DNA from: an uncultured Rivularia sp.
Lineage (GTDB): Bacteria; Cyanobacteriota; Cyanobacteriia; Cyanobacteriales; Nostocaceae
Reading direction: 5' to 3'
Assembly (NCBI GenBank): GCA_963665115.1
Contig: OY762007.1
Coordinates: forward strand, 544,001 to 608,000
DNA: 64,000 nucleotides
Positions 1 to 12,700 of the stretch are shown here, one piece after another. Under the pieces are notes generated by a model. That model was not told the DNA's origin. It did no database searches and worked only from the letters and a program-made list of their open reading frames with translations. Each line of letters opens with the position of its first letter. The first letter of the stretch is position 1. The position numbers and the translations under genes were made by a program.

Positions 1-2
1 GT

Positions 3-1229
3 ACAAATACCCAAGCGGTGAAAGTTGGTTATAACGGTGAGGGTTTTCGAGCAACTTCGATTACAGCACGTCGTTATAGTCGTCAAGAAAATGTAGTTCC
101 TGGAAGCACGGGAGCGTTACAGATTCTTGATGATATTAACTCAACAACATGGACGCAGGAATTACGCTTTCAATCTCCCGAAACTTCCGAGCGTTTGCAA
201 TGGTTGTTAGGTGGTTACTACGAATCTCGCGACTTTAAAGTTGATGATGCTCGAACCGACTTTCCCGGATTTGGCAGATTTCGCCGTTTTGGTGATGATT
301 CTCGTACAACCTATGCGGTATTTGGGCAGGTAGATTATAAACCTATCGAACCATTAACCGTATTTGCCGGTTTGCGTTACGAAACTTCCGATGCATCTTC
401 AGATAGTAGCTATGAATCGGTAGCTGCTGACGGTAGTTTAACTCCACTACGTCCAGAATTTACAGATGAAGAAGTTAGTAATGATGAATTAATTCCTCGC
501 TTTGGTTTGAAATATCAACTCAATCCTAATTTAATGGCTTATACCACAATTGCCAAAGGTTATAGACCAGGTGGATTGAATTATCGTGCTAATAGCGAAG
601 CAGAATTACGATTTGGAGAAGAAAAAACTTGGAGTTACGAAGCAGGTTTAAAATCTTCTTGGCTGGATAATCGTTTGATTGCCAACTTGTCGGTATTTCA
701 TAACGATGTGAATGACTATCAAGTATTACAATTTGACAACACTGGATTTTTCGGAAGTGTCAGCAACATTGATGTCAAAGCCACTGGGGTTGAATTTGAA
801 CTGAAAGCAAAACCAGCAGCAGGACTAGATTTAATTGCATCAGTTGGTTATGTAGATAGTAAATACAAAAACTATTTAAACTCAGATACTGGAGTGGATT
901 TGAGCGACAATCAAGTTCCTTTCGTACCGCAATTTACCTATAATTTAGCGGCTCAATATCGAACAAAAGGAGGGTTATTTGCTCGTGCCGGATTGAGCGG
1001 TTATGGTATTACTTATTTTGATGACGATAATCAAATCAAGCAAGAACCATACGTTCTCGTAAATGCTCGTATCGGTTACGAAGCTGAAAAATACGGAATT
1101 TATTTATATGCAAATAACCTGTTTGATTCTCGCTACATTACTTCTGGCTTCTTATTCCCAGTACCAGACGGAACCGCAGGATTTGGAGATCCAGTTACAT
1201 ACGGAGTCCAATTTAAAGCGACTTTGTAA
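3..1229 (+). CDS. TonB-dependent outer-membrane receptor, C-terminal beta-barrel part (5' end outside window)
   Basis: Frame is open from the window start. Alternating beta-strand pattern with TBDT motifs (KGYRPGG, SYEAGLKS, NLFDSRY) and C-terminal YGVQFKATL. Confidence 0.9.
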   Translation, partial: TNTQAVKVGYNGEGFRATSITARRYSRQENVVPGSTGALQILDDINSTTWTQELRFQSPETSERLQWLLGGYYESRDFKVDDARTDFPGFGRFRRFGDDSRTTYAVFGQVDYKPIEPLTVFAGLRYETSDASSDSSYESVAADGSLTPLRPEFTDEEVSNDELIPRFGLKYQLNPNLMAYTTIAKGYRPGGLNYRANSEAELRFGEEKTWSYEAGLKSSWLDNRLIANLSVFHNDVNDYQVLQFDNTGFFGSVSNIDVKATGVEFELKAKPAAGLDLIASVGYVDSKYKNYLNSDTGVDLSDNQVPFVPQFTYNLAAQYRTKGGLFARAGLSGYGITYFDDDNQIKQEPYVLVNARIGYEAEKYGIYLYANNLFDSRYITSGFLFPVPDGTAGFGDPVTYGVQFKATL

Positions 1230-1260
1230 TTTGAATGGTTTGTTTTTCTAGAAACTGGGC

Positions 1261-1286
1261 GGAGACGTTATATATAACGTCTCTAC
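1261..1286. repeat. GTAG-type REP-like palindrome (GGAGACGTTATATATAACGTCTCTAC)
   Basis: Inverted repeat. Same family recurs at about 33701, 38077, 43154, 52560, 52698, 53816 and 56708. Confidence 0.8.
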
Positions 1287-1312
1287 AAAACGTCTTATGA
1301 ATCTATATTCTT

Positions 1313-2521
1313 ATGCTCTCTAAACTAATCCTTCTCGCCGCACTTTACACCGCTCAATTCATACCGACAACCTTTTTTATCCAAACCGTACCTATCTTTA
1401 TGCGACAGCAAAATATGTCGCTTGATGCTATAGGCTTTTTAAGTTTTCTGATTCTTCCTTCAGCATTAAAATTCCTTTGGTCGCCATTCATAGATCGTTA
1501 CCGTTTACCTAAGTTAGGACATTATCGCGGCTGGATTATTCTTTTTCAGTTGTTATTAGCACTTGTCACATTTGGATGTGCATTTATTGATATTCAAGAG
1601 AACTTCAGTACTTTAGTTATTTGTATATTCTGCGCTTTTTTGTTCTCCTCCAGTCAAGATATTGCCACCGATGCATTAGCAGTTAATTTACTCGAACCAA
1701 ACGAACGCGGAATTGGAAACGCTATTCAATCTGGGGGAAATGTTTTTGGGGCTATTATTGGCGGTGGTGGAGTATTAATTTTATTAGATAGAGTTGGCTG
1801 GAAGTACAGTTTAATCATCATGTCCGTATTGATGTTACTGACTTTGATTCCTGTTTTTTTATATAAAGAAAATAATCATAAACCCAAAACATCAAACTTA
1901 TTTAGGTCTTATTTTCAACCTTTTATTAGTTTTCTCTCTCGTCCCAAAGCATTACCTTGGCTTTTAGTGTTGGTGCTGTACATGGGAGGAGAGATGATGT
2001 CAGGAACAATGCTGCGTCCGCTTTTTGTAGATAGAGGCTTGTCGCTGTCAGAGATTGGCGTGATGTTGGGAATAGTTAGTTATAGCGTTCGTATTGCTAG
2101 CGCTTTAATTGCCGGAGTTTTGATTACTAAAATAGGAAGGATACGTTCCCTAATTCTATTTGGTTTAGCAGCAAGTATTGCAACACTTTTGTATATAATA
2201 CCCGCAAGTGGAATCAGTAATTTGCCCATCTTATACGCCGTCACAATCACAGTCAATGCATTGCAAGGAATGGCATATACCGCCTTACTTAGTGCAATGA
2301 TGGATAAATGCGATTGCCAGACAGCCGCAACAGATTATACGTTTCAAGTTTCAGTAGTGTATATTGGTGGAGTTGCTGCTTCAATGCTCAGCGGTAAGAT
2401 CGCGAGTTCTACCGGATATGTAGGTATGTTTATTATCAGTGCAGCAGTGGGTTTATTAAGCGTATTAGTGATTAGTAAAACGAGCGATCGAGTAGCGACA
2501 AATATGCAATCCCATTCTTAA
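1313..2521 (+). CDS. MFS permease, RhtX/FptX (AmpG-like) siderophore-uptake family
   Basis: About 12 TM segments with family motifs LKFLWSPFIDRY and SQDIATDALAV; lies directly after the TonB-dependent receptor. Confidence 0.82.
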   Translation: MLSKLILLAALYTAQFIPTTFFIQTVPIFMRQQNMSLDAIGFLSFLILPSALKFLWSPFIDRYRLPKLGHYRGWIILFQLLLALVTFGCAFIDIQENFSTLVICIFCAFLFSSSQDIATDALAVNLLEPNERGIGNAIQSGGNVFGAIIGGGGVLILLDRVGWKYSLIIMSVLMLLTLIPVFLYKENNHKPKTSNLFRSYFQPFISFLSRPKALPWLLVLVLYMGGEMMSGTMLRPLFVDRGLSLSEIGVMLGIVSYSVRIASALIAGVLITKIGRIRSLILFGLAASIATLLYIIPASGISNLPILYAVTITVNALQGMAYTALLSAMMDKCDCQTAATDYTFQVSVVYIGGVAASMLSGKIASSTGYVGMFIISAAVGLLSVLVISKTSDRVATNMQSHS

Positions 2522-2553
2522 AGTTACAGTTTATCAATGTTATTTTGACGCGG

Positions 2554-3837
2554 TTAATTAATCTCACGTACTGATGGTTTTAATGCCAACAAAGTACTTG
2601 TAATTAACATAATGCTACCTGCGACAGTGAAAAGAATTGTTAAATTAAAGTTGACTAATATACCAGCCAAAGCAAAGGAAAAAGGGGCAATTCCAAAGGA
2701 AGAAAACATCCCTAAACTCATAACTCTTCCTAACATTTCAGGTGGAGTTTGTTTTTGAATCCAGGTAATTCCTACCACAGTAAACAAGCCACTGCAAAGT
2801 CCTAATATAGCAATTGTAATAGCAGCTAGTGTGATGTTTGGGATAAAGCTAAGTAGAAACAGACCAAAGCCTTGTATACTAGCAAGACTGACCATTAATA
2901 CTCCAAGTTTGGGAAGATTTCGGATAAATTGAGGTGCTAATGTCCCTAATAAACCACCAGCACCCCAAGCTGACTGCATTATCCCTAAAGCGACTGCACC
3001 GCCCTGAAAGCGACTGTGAGCTAGTGAAGTAATCCCGACTTGTAATGGACCGACAAAAAGAAAATTTAGCATTACTAATATCAGCAAAAGTACTCTGAGA
3101 GACTGGTTGCGCCATCCGTAATAGAGTCCCTCACGCATACCATTTATTAAACTAATACTTTTGTTGGTAAAAGTAGATTTTGTAGAGTTTTGATTTGATT
3201 TCCCATCTAACACTGTTGAAGAAGATCTCATCTGTTTCATCAGCAAAAGCGTTATGGTTGTGATAACGAAAGTTACTCCATCAATTGCAAATGCTGCCTG
3301 GATACCGGCAGTTGCAATCAGCAAACCACCTAAAGCAGGTCCAATCAATAGAATTATTTGGGAAGTTCCTTGGCTTAAGGTATTACTTGCTACTAACTGC
3401 TCTTTTGGTACCAATGTAGGTATAATTGATTTCGATGCTGGGATAAAAAAACCATCTAGAATTCCGAAGCTAGCAGCAAAGAAGTAAAGATGCCATAGTT
3501 GTGTGACTTTAGAAGCAACTATTACTGTAAATAAAACAATCAGTAAACCACGTAAAGCATTGGAAATCAGCATAACTAATCGTGGTGAAAAGCGATCGCT
3601 AAAAACACCACCAAACAGCATTAAAACAGCACGAGGAATTGCTGCTGCCATCAATACTGTACCCAAGCTGATACCAGAATTAGTTAACTGTATTGTTAAC
3701 CAAGGCAATGCTATTATATAGAACTGATCGCCCAAAAGTGAAACGTTTTCACCGATGTATAAGAGTAGGAAGTTACGTACAGTTAGTGGTTTCCAAAGAG
3801 GAACCCGGTGATTACTCGATATTGTTGATTTGTCCAT
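2554..3837 (-). CDS. MFS exporter (H+ antiporter / EntS-like), last gene of the biosynthetic operon
   Basis: About 12 TM segments with motif A-like GGVFSDRFSPR and C-terminal TPPEMLGRVMSL. Confidence 0.8.
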   Translation of the reverse strand: MDKSTISSNHRVPLWKPLTVRNFLLLYIGENVSLLGDQFYIIALPWLTIQLTNSGISLGTVLMAAAIPRAVLMLFGGVFSDRFSPRLVMLISNALRGLLIVLFTVIVASKVTQLWHLYFFAASFGILDGFFIPASKSIIPTLVPKEQLVASNTLSQGTSQIILLIGPALGGLLIATAGIQAAFAIDGVTFVITTITLLLMKQMRSSSTVLDGKSNQNSTKSTFTNKSISLINGMREGLYYGWRNQSLRVLLLILVMLNFLFVGPLQVGITSLAHSRFQGGAVALGIMQSAWGAGGLLGTLAPQFIRNLPKLGVLMVSLASIQGFGLFLLSFIPNITLAAITIAILGLCSGLFTVVGITWIQKQTPPEMLGRVMSLGMFSSFGIAPFSFALAGILVNFNLTILFTVAGSIMLITSTLLALKPSVREIN

Positions 3838-3873
3838 GCAGATTATAGATTACTCAAAATTTATTATTTATTT

Positions 3874-3908
3874 GTAGTAGCGCTAAGCGCTTCGGAGTGC
3901 GCTACTAC
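3874..3908. repeat. GTAG-tagged palindrome GTAGTAGCGC...GCGCTACTAC
   Basis: 10-bp inverted arms between the ligase and MFS genes. Confidence 0.65.
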
Positions 3909-3916
3909 TTTCATGT

Positions 3917-5495
3917 TTAATTAACGCGACGTTGGTAGCCTTGCCAATATTTTTCTCTCAGCTTGCCCTTTTGCAATTTACCAGTTGGTGTTCTTGGTAA
4001 GGATTGAGTAAATTCAACACTTCTAGGTAACTTATAATCGGCAAGTTTACCCCGGATATAACTAATAATGTCTAATGCGGTTGCTTTCATCCCTTCTTTT
4101 AAAACAACAATAGCTTTGATCGTTTCTCCAAAATCTTCATCTGGAACACCAATTACTGCAACCTCACTTACTGCTGGATGTTCGTATAAAATATTTTCAA
4201 TTTCTGCTGGATAGACATTCTCGCCAGCATAAACAATCATATCTTTAACGCGATCGCAAATGTAAATATAACCTTCTTCATCAAAATAACCAGCATCACC
4301 AGTATGAATCCAGGCATTTACTAAGGTTTTTGCTGTAGCTTCGGGTAATTTCCAATAACCAATCATATTTGCAGGGGATTTGATCCAAATTTCACCTACT
4401 GAACTGCCTGATACCTCTTTACCATTACTGTCTAAGATAGCTACTGATACACCAGGAAAAGGTTTCCCCGCAGCTTTGAGTATGTCTGTATTTGTAGATG
4501 TATGAGCATCCGCAGGTAAACAGACAGCACAATTTCCGGTTTCCGTCATCCCATATATTTGTACGAAGTTACAGTCAAATGTGGCGATCGCTTTTTTGAG
4601 TAATGATTCGGCTATGGGAGAAACCCCCGTAAATAATATATTCCAGTGATGAAAAATCTGTTTTTTGGCATAATGGTTCGCTCAACAAAACTTGAATCAT
4701 TGCTGGAACCATACAAGTCTTGGTGATGCGGTACTTTTCAATCGCTTTGAGAACTTCAAAGTCTACAAAAGTTTCTAATATAATATTGGAGGCTGCGGAT
4801 GCCAAACCGCGAATAGCCCACCATAAACCTCCGATATGGAATAAAGGTAAGGTAACTAGATTCTTGTCAGTTTCGTTCCAATTTATCCAGCTTTTATCAA
4901 GTTTCGCAAATTCATTGGCGATGGCAAAAAAACTATAATGTCCTAGTTGGACACCTTTAGGTCGTCCTGTAGTGCCACTAGTATACATTTGTACGGCTAC
5001 ATCATTTTCGTCAACAGCAACATTGGGTGGTTCGTCACTATATTCGTGGCACCATTTATCATAAATGGGCCAATTACGGTCAGTTTTTTCTAAAGCAATA
5101 ATAGTTTTAACATCATCAATTTCGTTTTTAATTGATTCTACTAATTGATAAAAATCAGATCCGACAAAAAGAATTTCAACATTAGCATCGCTTAGAATAT
5201 AGCTCACTTCAGCAGCAGCTAAACGCCAATTAATTGGTACTAAAACAGCATTTATTTTGCAACAAGCAAATAAGATTTCATAACTTTTAAGTGAATCTTT
5301 AGCTAAAAGTGCCACTCGCGCACCTGGTTTAATTCCGACAGCTAAAAGTGAATTTGCGATTTTATTACTTCGTTGTTCTAATTGTGAATAAGTAAGTGCA
5401 TTATCTTTGAATATTAATGCTTTCGCATCTGGAAATTGACGCGCTTGTACCTGTGGTAAATCTGCTAATGTGAGAATTTTATTGTTATATATCAT
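3917..5495 (-). CDS. Acyl-CoA/acyl-ACP ligase (AMP-binding, ScoC-like role); split by a +1 frameshift at ~4622
   Basis: YTSGTTGRPKG, YGMTET, HTGDAG and PRTPTGK motifs. Removing one base at GAAAC (4620-4624) restores YGGSPIAESLL and joins ORFs 4575-5537 and 3917-4549. Confidence 0.88.
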
Positions 5496-8400
5496 AGATG
5501 TTAATTGTTTCAAGAGATTTTTGTAATTCTTGAGCAAGAGTTTGAATGTGTGGAGGGCGGACTATACTAAAGTGATTACCATCTAAAGTTTTCGTGAAAG
5601 TGGCTGCCGTAGTATATTTACTCCAGTCGGTATGAGGTAATATTTGATCTTGCCAATCTGAAGCCCACCAAACGTGCAGCGGTGCTTCAATTTGGGGAGA
5701 ACGGTGAACTTGAAGAATTCGGTCGTGAATTTCGGTGATATTTAATTGTTTTTCTAGGATATCGATAGAAATATCTGTGGGAAATAAGTTTCGTTTTTGT
5801 CCCCAATCCATTATAAATTGCAGGCGTTGGCGAGAAGATAAATTGATGAGTTTTTCTCGCAGTTGTTGCTGTTCGACTGCATCAAGAGCCATAAAAGCAT
5901 CAAAGAAAGTACCGCCAAATACTAACGATACATCGATGAGGGGGTCACGTTTAAGTTGTGATGCATTATTTGAGATGAATTCGGACATCAAAAAGGAATC
6001 CACTAGCCCCACAAAAGCTACTTTGTGTCCTTGTTTTTCTAACTCTTTGGCAACAGTTACGGCAATTACTCCACCCATAGACCAACCCATAAGATAATAA
6101 GGGCTATGGGGTTGATGCTGATAAATAGCTCTATAGTATTGGGCAGCCATCTCATCAATGCTTTTATGCTCTTGTTCCGGCTGATTGAGAGCGCGAGACT
6201 CTATTCCAATAATTGGTCTATCTGCTCCCAAACAAGCTGCCAAATGCTGATACACCATCACTTGTCCCCCGGCTGGATGAATGCAGAATAAGGGGGGCTG
6301 AGTACCTTGAGTTTGGATTGGAACTAAGTATGTGGAAGTTAATGAATCAGCAGAATTTTTGGCAATCTTAGCAGCAAGCTCTGCCACGGTTGGATATTGG
6401 AAAATTTTACTCAAAGATATATTTGTCTCAAGTTTCTGATTGATTTTTGAAACTAATTGAAGTGCCAAAAACGAATGTCCACCCAACTCAAAAAAGTTAT
6501 CATGGATGCCTATCTGCTCAAATTTAAATTCTTCAGTCCAGGTTTCAATTAATAATTCTTCAATAGAGTTGCGAGGAGGTACAAAAGTTTTTTCTAATTC
6601 TGGCTTGATGCGATTAGGTAAGGGAAGCGTGCGACGATCTATTTTGCCGTTAGATGTCAGGGGTAAAGATTCTAACAGCATGAAAGTAGAAGGAACCATG
6701 TAATTAGGTAGTTTTGCTTCTAGATAATTACGTATTTCGCTGAAATTTGGGCTAATATTTTGTTGCAGATTTTTAACTATATAACCGATAAGGGATTTAT
6801 TTCCTCGTTCTTCTACGACAGCATTTACCACAGCTTGTTTAATAGCGGGATGTTGTTTTAATGTCGCTTCAATCTCTCCCAATTCAATCCGATAACCATT
6901 AATTTTCACCTGAAAATCGGAACGTCCCAAAAATTCAATATCTCCACTCGGTAAATATCTTCCTAAATCCCCGGTTTTATATAATCTTTCCCCAGTTACC
7001 GGATGATTAATGAAGCCTTCTTTTGTCTTTTCATCATCTCCCCAATAACCCAATGCCAATCCAATCCCACCAATATAAAGTTGTCCCACAACCCATATCG
7101 GAGTTGGTTGCATTAACTCATTCAACACATAAAACTGTTGATTCGTCAGAGGTTTACCGTAAGGAATACTTTTCTCGCTAGGATCGACGGTAGTGATGGG
7201 ATAGAAAATCGACCAAATCGAAGCTTCCGTTGCTCCCCCCAAACTAACAATTTCAATATCCGAACAATAACTTTGAATTTGAAGCGGTAAATTTAAAGGC
7301 AACCAATCTCCACTCAACAAAGCCAAACGTAATGGTAATGCTGTTATTGCTGGCTGTGAGGATAAGTATTCTACCAACATTTGCATCAAAGCCGGAACTG
7401 AGTTCCAGATAGTTATCCGTTGCTTAACTATTAACTCATGCCAGCAAGCAGGATCTTTTACTGCATCTTGTGGTGGAATAACTATGGTTGCCCCAGCTGC
7501 GAGAATACCGAAGATATCGTATACTGATAAGTCAAAATTTAATGCTGATAGAGCTAAAAGGCGATCGCCATTTCCAATTCCAAACCGCTGATTAATATCA
7601 ACAATTGTATTCACCGCACCTCGATGATCGATCGCAACTCCTTTTGGTAATCCTGTGGAACCTGATGTATAAATTACGTAGGCTAGATTTTCGATATTTT
7701 GATCTTTTAAAGACGTTACATCTAAAGTCTCTACATCATCATCGCTAATACATACAGTCTGCACACCTGGAGGTAAAGAAAGATTGTTTTCAAGGTGTGG
7801 TTGAATAACAACTAATTGAACTTTCCCTTGTTCGAGTAAATACCACTGTCTTTCTTGCGGTAAATTTGGATCGATTGGCAGATATGCCGCTCCAGACATT
7901 AAAATTCCTAGTACAGCTACAACTTGTTCCCAACCTTTCTCCATAACTACAGCAACTAAAGTATTGGGGATTGCTCCCAACTGTTGTAATTTAGCTGCTA
8001 ATGTAGATGCCTTTTGATATATTTCCCTATAAGTAAAATTCCTCTCGCTGGTAATTACTGCTAATTCTTCGGGTTGTACTTTGACTTGCTCAATAAACAA
8101 ACCGTGCAAAGTTTGCTCGCAAATTGGAGCGCTAGTGTTATTAACTTGATGGCGTTGAGATAATTGAGCTTGTGGTAATAATTGTTGATGTGCTTCAACC
8201 CAAGCTGATTCGGAAGTTGCTAATCGTTGGAGTAAATTGCAGTAAGCCGCAAACATATCATCGATCAAACCTTCTGGGAAGAGTTTCTTCCACCACATCC
8301 CAATTAAAGATTAATGCTCCTTTTTGTTCGGTAACTTGATGATCCAGCAAAACTTGGGGGGTTTGACTGATACCATAAATCACTTCTCCCAAAAAATTGA

Positions 8401-9712
8401 ATTCTAAATCTCCCTTAGTAAAAGAGTTTAAACCTAAAACACTGCTAAAAACTATGGGCATAACTGCAGTTAACCCGGTTTTCTGACGACGAGCTAATTC
8501 CCGCAATAACTCCACTCCACTAACATGAAGATGCTCTAAGTCTTGTAGCAATTGCTGTTGTAGTTTCTGAGCGCGACTAGTAAATGTTGCTTGCCTTGAA
8601 TTGTCTACTGCTAATAGAGTTGTATTGGTAAAATCTCCAACAACTCGATCTATTTCAGGGTGAAGAGGAAGACGCTCGAGTACAGTCAGATTAAGAGTAA
8701 ATCGAGGATTTTTGCTCCACAACCTTAAAACTTCAGCAAAAGCAGCCAGCAATACCATAGAAGGAGTCAAACCAGCATTTTTCCCTCGCTGTTTCAATTG
8801 CTGCCAAATATTTGGTTCAAGTTGAGCAGCGTAACGTTTAAATCGATAATCTTTTAACTCGCTGGGAAAATAAATCAGAGGTAATTCTGGTGCTGGGGGT
8901 AAATCATCTAAACGGCTTAACCAGTAATTTTGCGATCGCTTGACTAATTCAGAATCTTGCAAGCCTTGCTTATTAATTACATAGTCGCGGAAAGAGATTT
9001 GCGGTAATGGCAAGCATATTTGTGGATTATGATAAAATTGGTTCCACTCCTCAAATAGAATACGAATACTCCCAGCATCCGCCATCAATAAATCTAGATT
9101 GATGTGAATTCGCACACGCCCCTCGTCTAAATAAGTGGCTCGAATATTGAACCAAGGCCACTCCTGTGGTGGTAACATTTGATGGGATAATTGTTCCCGA
9201 ATAGCTTGAAGCTGAGCCTTTACTTCAATATTTTTCAGTCCTCGCAGATCTAAGATTGAGATTTCATAGGGTGGAACTTTTTCTAAAACTTTTTGCTCTC
9301 CTGTAGGTAGCACTACAGCACGCATCATCTCGTGGCGATCGATTAATTTCTGCCAAGCTGTTGAAAGCCTTGACAAATCTAAATTGGTAGCTTCAAATTC
9401 CAGATAATGATGATTTGCTACATTACCTAACTCAAATACCTCACTGCGCCCCAACCAATGGGCTTGCTGAATATCAGTAAGAGGAAAAGGTTCATATTTT
9501 TTACTACTATCCGGCTCGATTGCTGGTAGAGAATCAGTATTTATCTCAGTTTGACTAAGCAAACGTATAATATCTAATTTATGCTCTACTAAGGAATTTC
9601 TTAACTCTGAACTCAAAACTCCTTTTGGTGCTTCAATAATTAATCGTTCGTTTTTAACTGATAATTTAATTTCTCGCTGTTCTAGTTGTTTTAAAAGTTC
9701 ATTTCTATTCAT
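5485..9712 (-). CDS. NRPS 2: N-terminal docking domain-Cy-A(Cys)-PCP-TE; +1 frameshift at ~8285
   Basis: Cy motif DLLMADAGS, A-pocket code DLYNLSLIWK read by eye, PCP FFELGGHSFL, TE GWSMGG. The paralogous copy has GAGTTC where this copy has GAGTTTC. Confidence 0.92.
6827..8390. repeat. ~1.55-kb near-identical duplicate (Cy end plus A(Cys) core), copy B
   Basis: Long identical nucleotide stretches shared with ~11021-12585. Confidence 0.88.
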
Positions 9713-12700
9713 AATTCGATTATTTCTGTATCATCATTAGATTCAATAGATAAAGGCGATGACTTAATTTTTGCGATGGTTAATTGCTCCTCTACAGCTA
9801 CAGCTAATTCTGCAATATTCGTTGCTTCGACTAATAACTGTTTCATGGAAATATTGACTCCAAGTTGAGTTTGTAACTTATTTCTCAACTGCACTAATTT
9901 CAATGAATCCATGCCCAATTGAAAGAAATTATTATCGATTCCCACAGCATCTATCTGGAGAAGTTCTTGCACAATTTCGGCTAAAGATCTCTCCATTTCA
10001 GTTCTTGGAGGTGTTAGAACTGTTTCATATTTAGATTTGAGTATATCGGGGCTGGGTAACTTCTTACGGTCTACTTTTCCATTCGCAGTTAAAGGCAAAG
10101 CATCTAAGATAATATACTCAGAAGGCACCATATATCTTGGTAGCTTCTGTTGTAAGTACTCCCGTAGCTGTACAGAAATTGATTGTGAATCCCGATCTTT
10201 TTTAGAATTTAACCACTGTTTAGTTTGAGCTAAATCGATTTTGCCACCTACAAAGCTATAAAGTAAAACCTGACTTGATTCCAGTTTAAATATATCTTGT
10301 ATTTTGCTCAATTCCAAATAGCCAATAGGACATAATCCTATTTCCTGTTCTGGCGCAGATTTCATTAATAATTGACCGATATGACCTGCTTCTAAAAGAC
10401 AAAATTCTTTTGCTAATTCTCCATAAATTGGGGTAATGGCGCTTAGTTCTCCAATTAAAAATAGGGAAAAAGCACCATTATCAAAAATTGGTTGATTACC
10501 ACGATAAATACTATTATCAATTTCGCTGCCACTACTAACTAATATTAAACGATGGTCGGCAGGATTGTAATAGTATATTCCTGCTTCCAAACCTTCTATT
10601 CGGTTGGGTTTAATTAATAAGTAAGTTTGTACGGGATAAAGACTACCAGCGGAAGGGTAAAGATATTTTGGTAGAGGATAATCCTCCAGTTTCATCTGTT
10701 GTAAGCAACTTAAAAACTTGCTTAATTGTGTTAACGAAATAGGTTGGGGTAGAAATTGTCGATAACTTTGACGTTCTAAGTAAGCTTGGGTAACGTCTTC
10801 ATCAGACTCAGTTTGGGGCAATTGTACGCTATGTTGAGAAGATTCTAACTGTCGCAATCCTGGTTGTTTGAGCTTAAATTCAATCCGTTCTATAGGATCT
10901 TGTATTACTCCTTCTTGTTGAGCAGGCTGGTAAGCTTCTGCGGGATTTTGAGTAGAGGGATTATCGCCAACAATATAAGCTACAAGTTGCTGTTTATTTT
11001 GTGATTCTCCCACTGCAATCACCACAGCTTGTTTAATTCCAGAATGCTGTTTTAATGTCGCTTCAATCTCTCCCAATTCAATCCGATAACCATTAATTTT
11101 CACCTGAAAATCGGAACGTCCCAAAAACTCAATATTCCCGTCAGGTAAATATCTTCCCAAATCCCCAGTTTTATATAATCTTTCCCCAGTTACCGGATGA
11201 TTAATAAAGCCTTCTTTTGTCTTTTTCAAATCTTCCCAATAACCCAAGGCTAATCCAATTCCCCCAATATAAAGTTCTCCCACAACCCATAATGGAGTCG
11301 GTTGCATTAATTCATTCAACACATAAAACTGTTGATTCGTCAGAGGTTTACCATAAGGAATACTTTTCTCGCTAGGATCGACGGTAGTGATGGGATAGAA
11401 AATCGACCAAATCGAAGCTTCCGTTGCTCCCCCCAAACTAACGATTTGAATATCCGAACACTTTGCTTGAATTTGAAGCGGTAAATTTAAAGGCAACCAA
11501 TCTCCACTCAACAAAGCCAAACGTAATGGTAATGGTGTTATTGCTGGCTGTGAGGATAAATATTCTACCAACATTTGCATCAAAGCCGGAACTGAGTTCC
11601 AAATACTTACCCCGCACTTAACTATTAACTCATGCCAGCAAGCAGGATCTTTTACTGCATCTTGTGGTGGAATAACTATGGTTCCCCCAGCCGCAAGAAT
11701 ACCAAAGATATCGTATACTGATAAGTCAAAATTTAATGCTGATAGAGCTAAAAGGCGATCGCCATTTCCAATTCCAAACCGCTGATTAATATCAACAATT
11801 GTATTCACCGCACCTCGATGATCGATCGCAACTCCTTTTGGTAATCCTGTGGAACCTGATGTATAAATTACGTAGGCTAGATTTTCGATATTTTGATCTT
11901 TTAGAGACGTTACATCTAAAGTCTCTACATCATCATCGCTAATACATACAGTCTGCACACCTGGAGGTAAAGAAAAATTGCTTTCAAGGTGTCGTTGAGT
12001 AACAACTAATTGAACTTTCCCTTGTTCGAGTAAATACCACTGTCTTTCTTGCGGTAAATTTGGATCGATTGGCAGATATGCCGCTCCAGACATTAAAATT
12101 CCGAGTACCCCTACAACTTGCTCCCAACCTTTTTCCATGACTACAGCAACTAAATTGTTGGGAGTTGCTCCCAACTGTTGTAACTTCGCTGCTAATCCAG
12201 ATGCAAATTGATATATTTCCTTATAAGTAAAATTCCTCTCGCTGGTAATGACTGCTATTTGTTCGGGTTGTACTTTCACTTGCTCAATAAACAAACCGTG
12301 CAAAGTTTGCTCGCAAATTGGAGCGCTAGTATTATTAACCTCATGGCGTTGAGATAATTGAGCTTGTGGTAATAATTGTTGATGTGCTTCAACCCAAGCT
12401 GATTCGGAAGTTGCTAGACGCTCTAGTAAATCGCAATAAGCCGCAAACATATCATCAATCAGACCTTGTGGGAAGAGTTCTTCCACCCCATCCCAATTAA
12501 ATATCAATGCTCCTTTTTTCTCTCTGACTTGATGATCCAGCCAAACTTGGGGCGTTTGACTAATACTGTAAACTTCTTCTCCCAAACGATCTAACATCCA
12601 TATTTCTTCACCGAGCGAGTCCAAACCGAGGGTGCTGGTAAAAACTATTGGTACAATCTGATAGCTTTCTCGCCGACGATTTAATTCTCGTTGAACCTTT

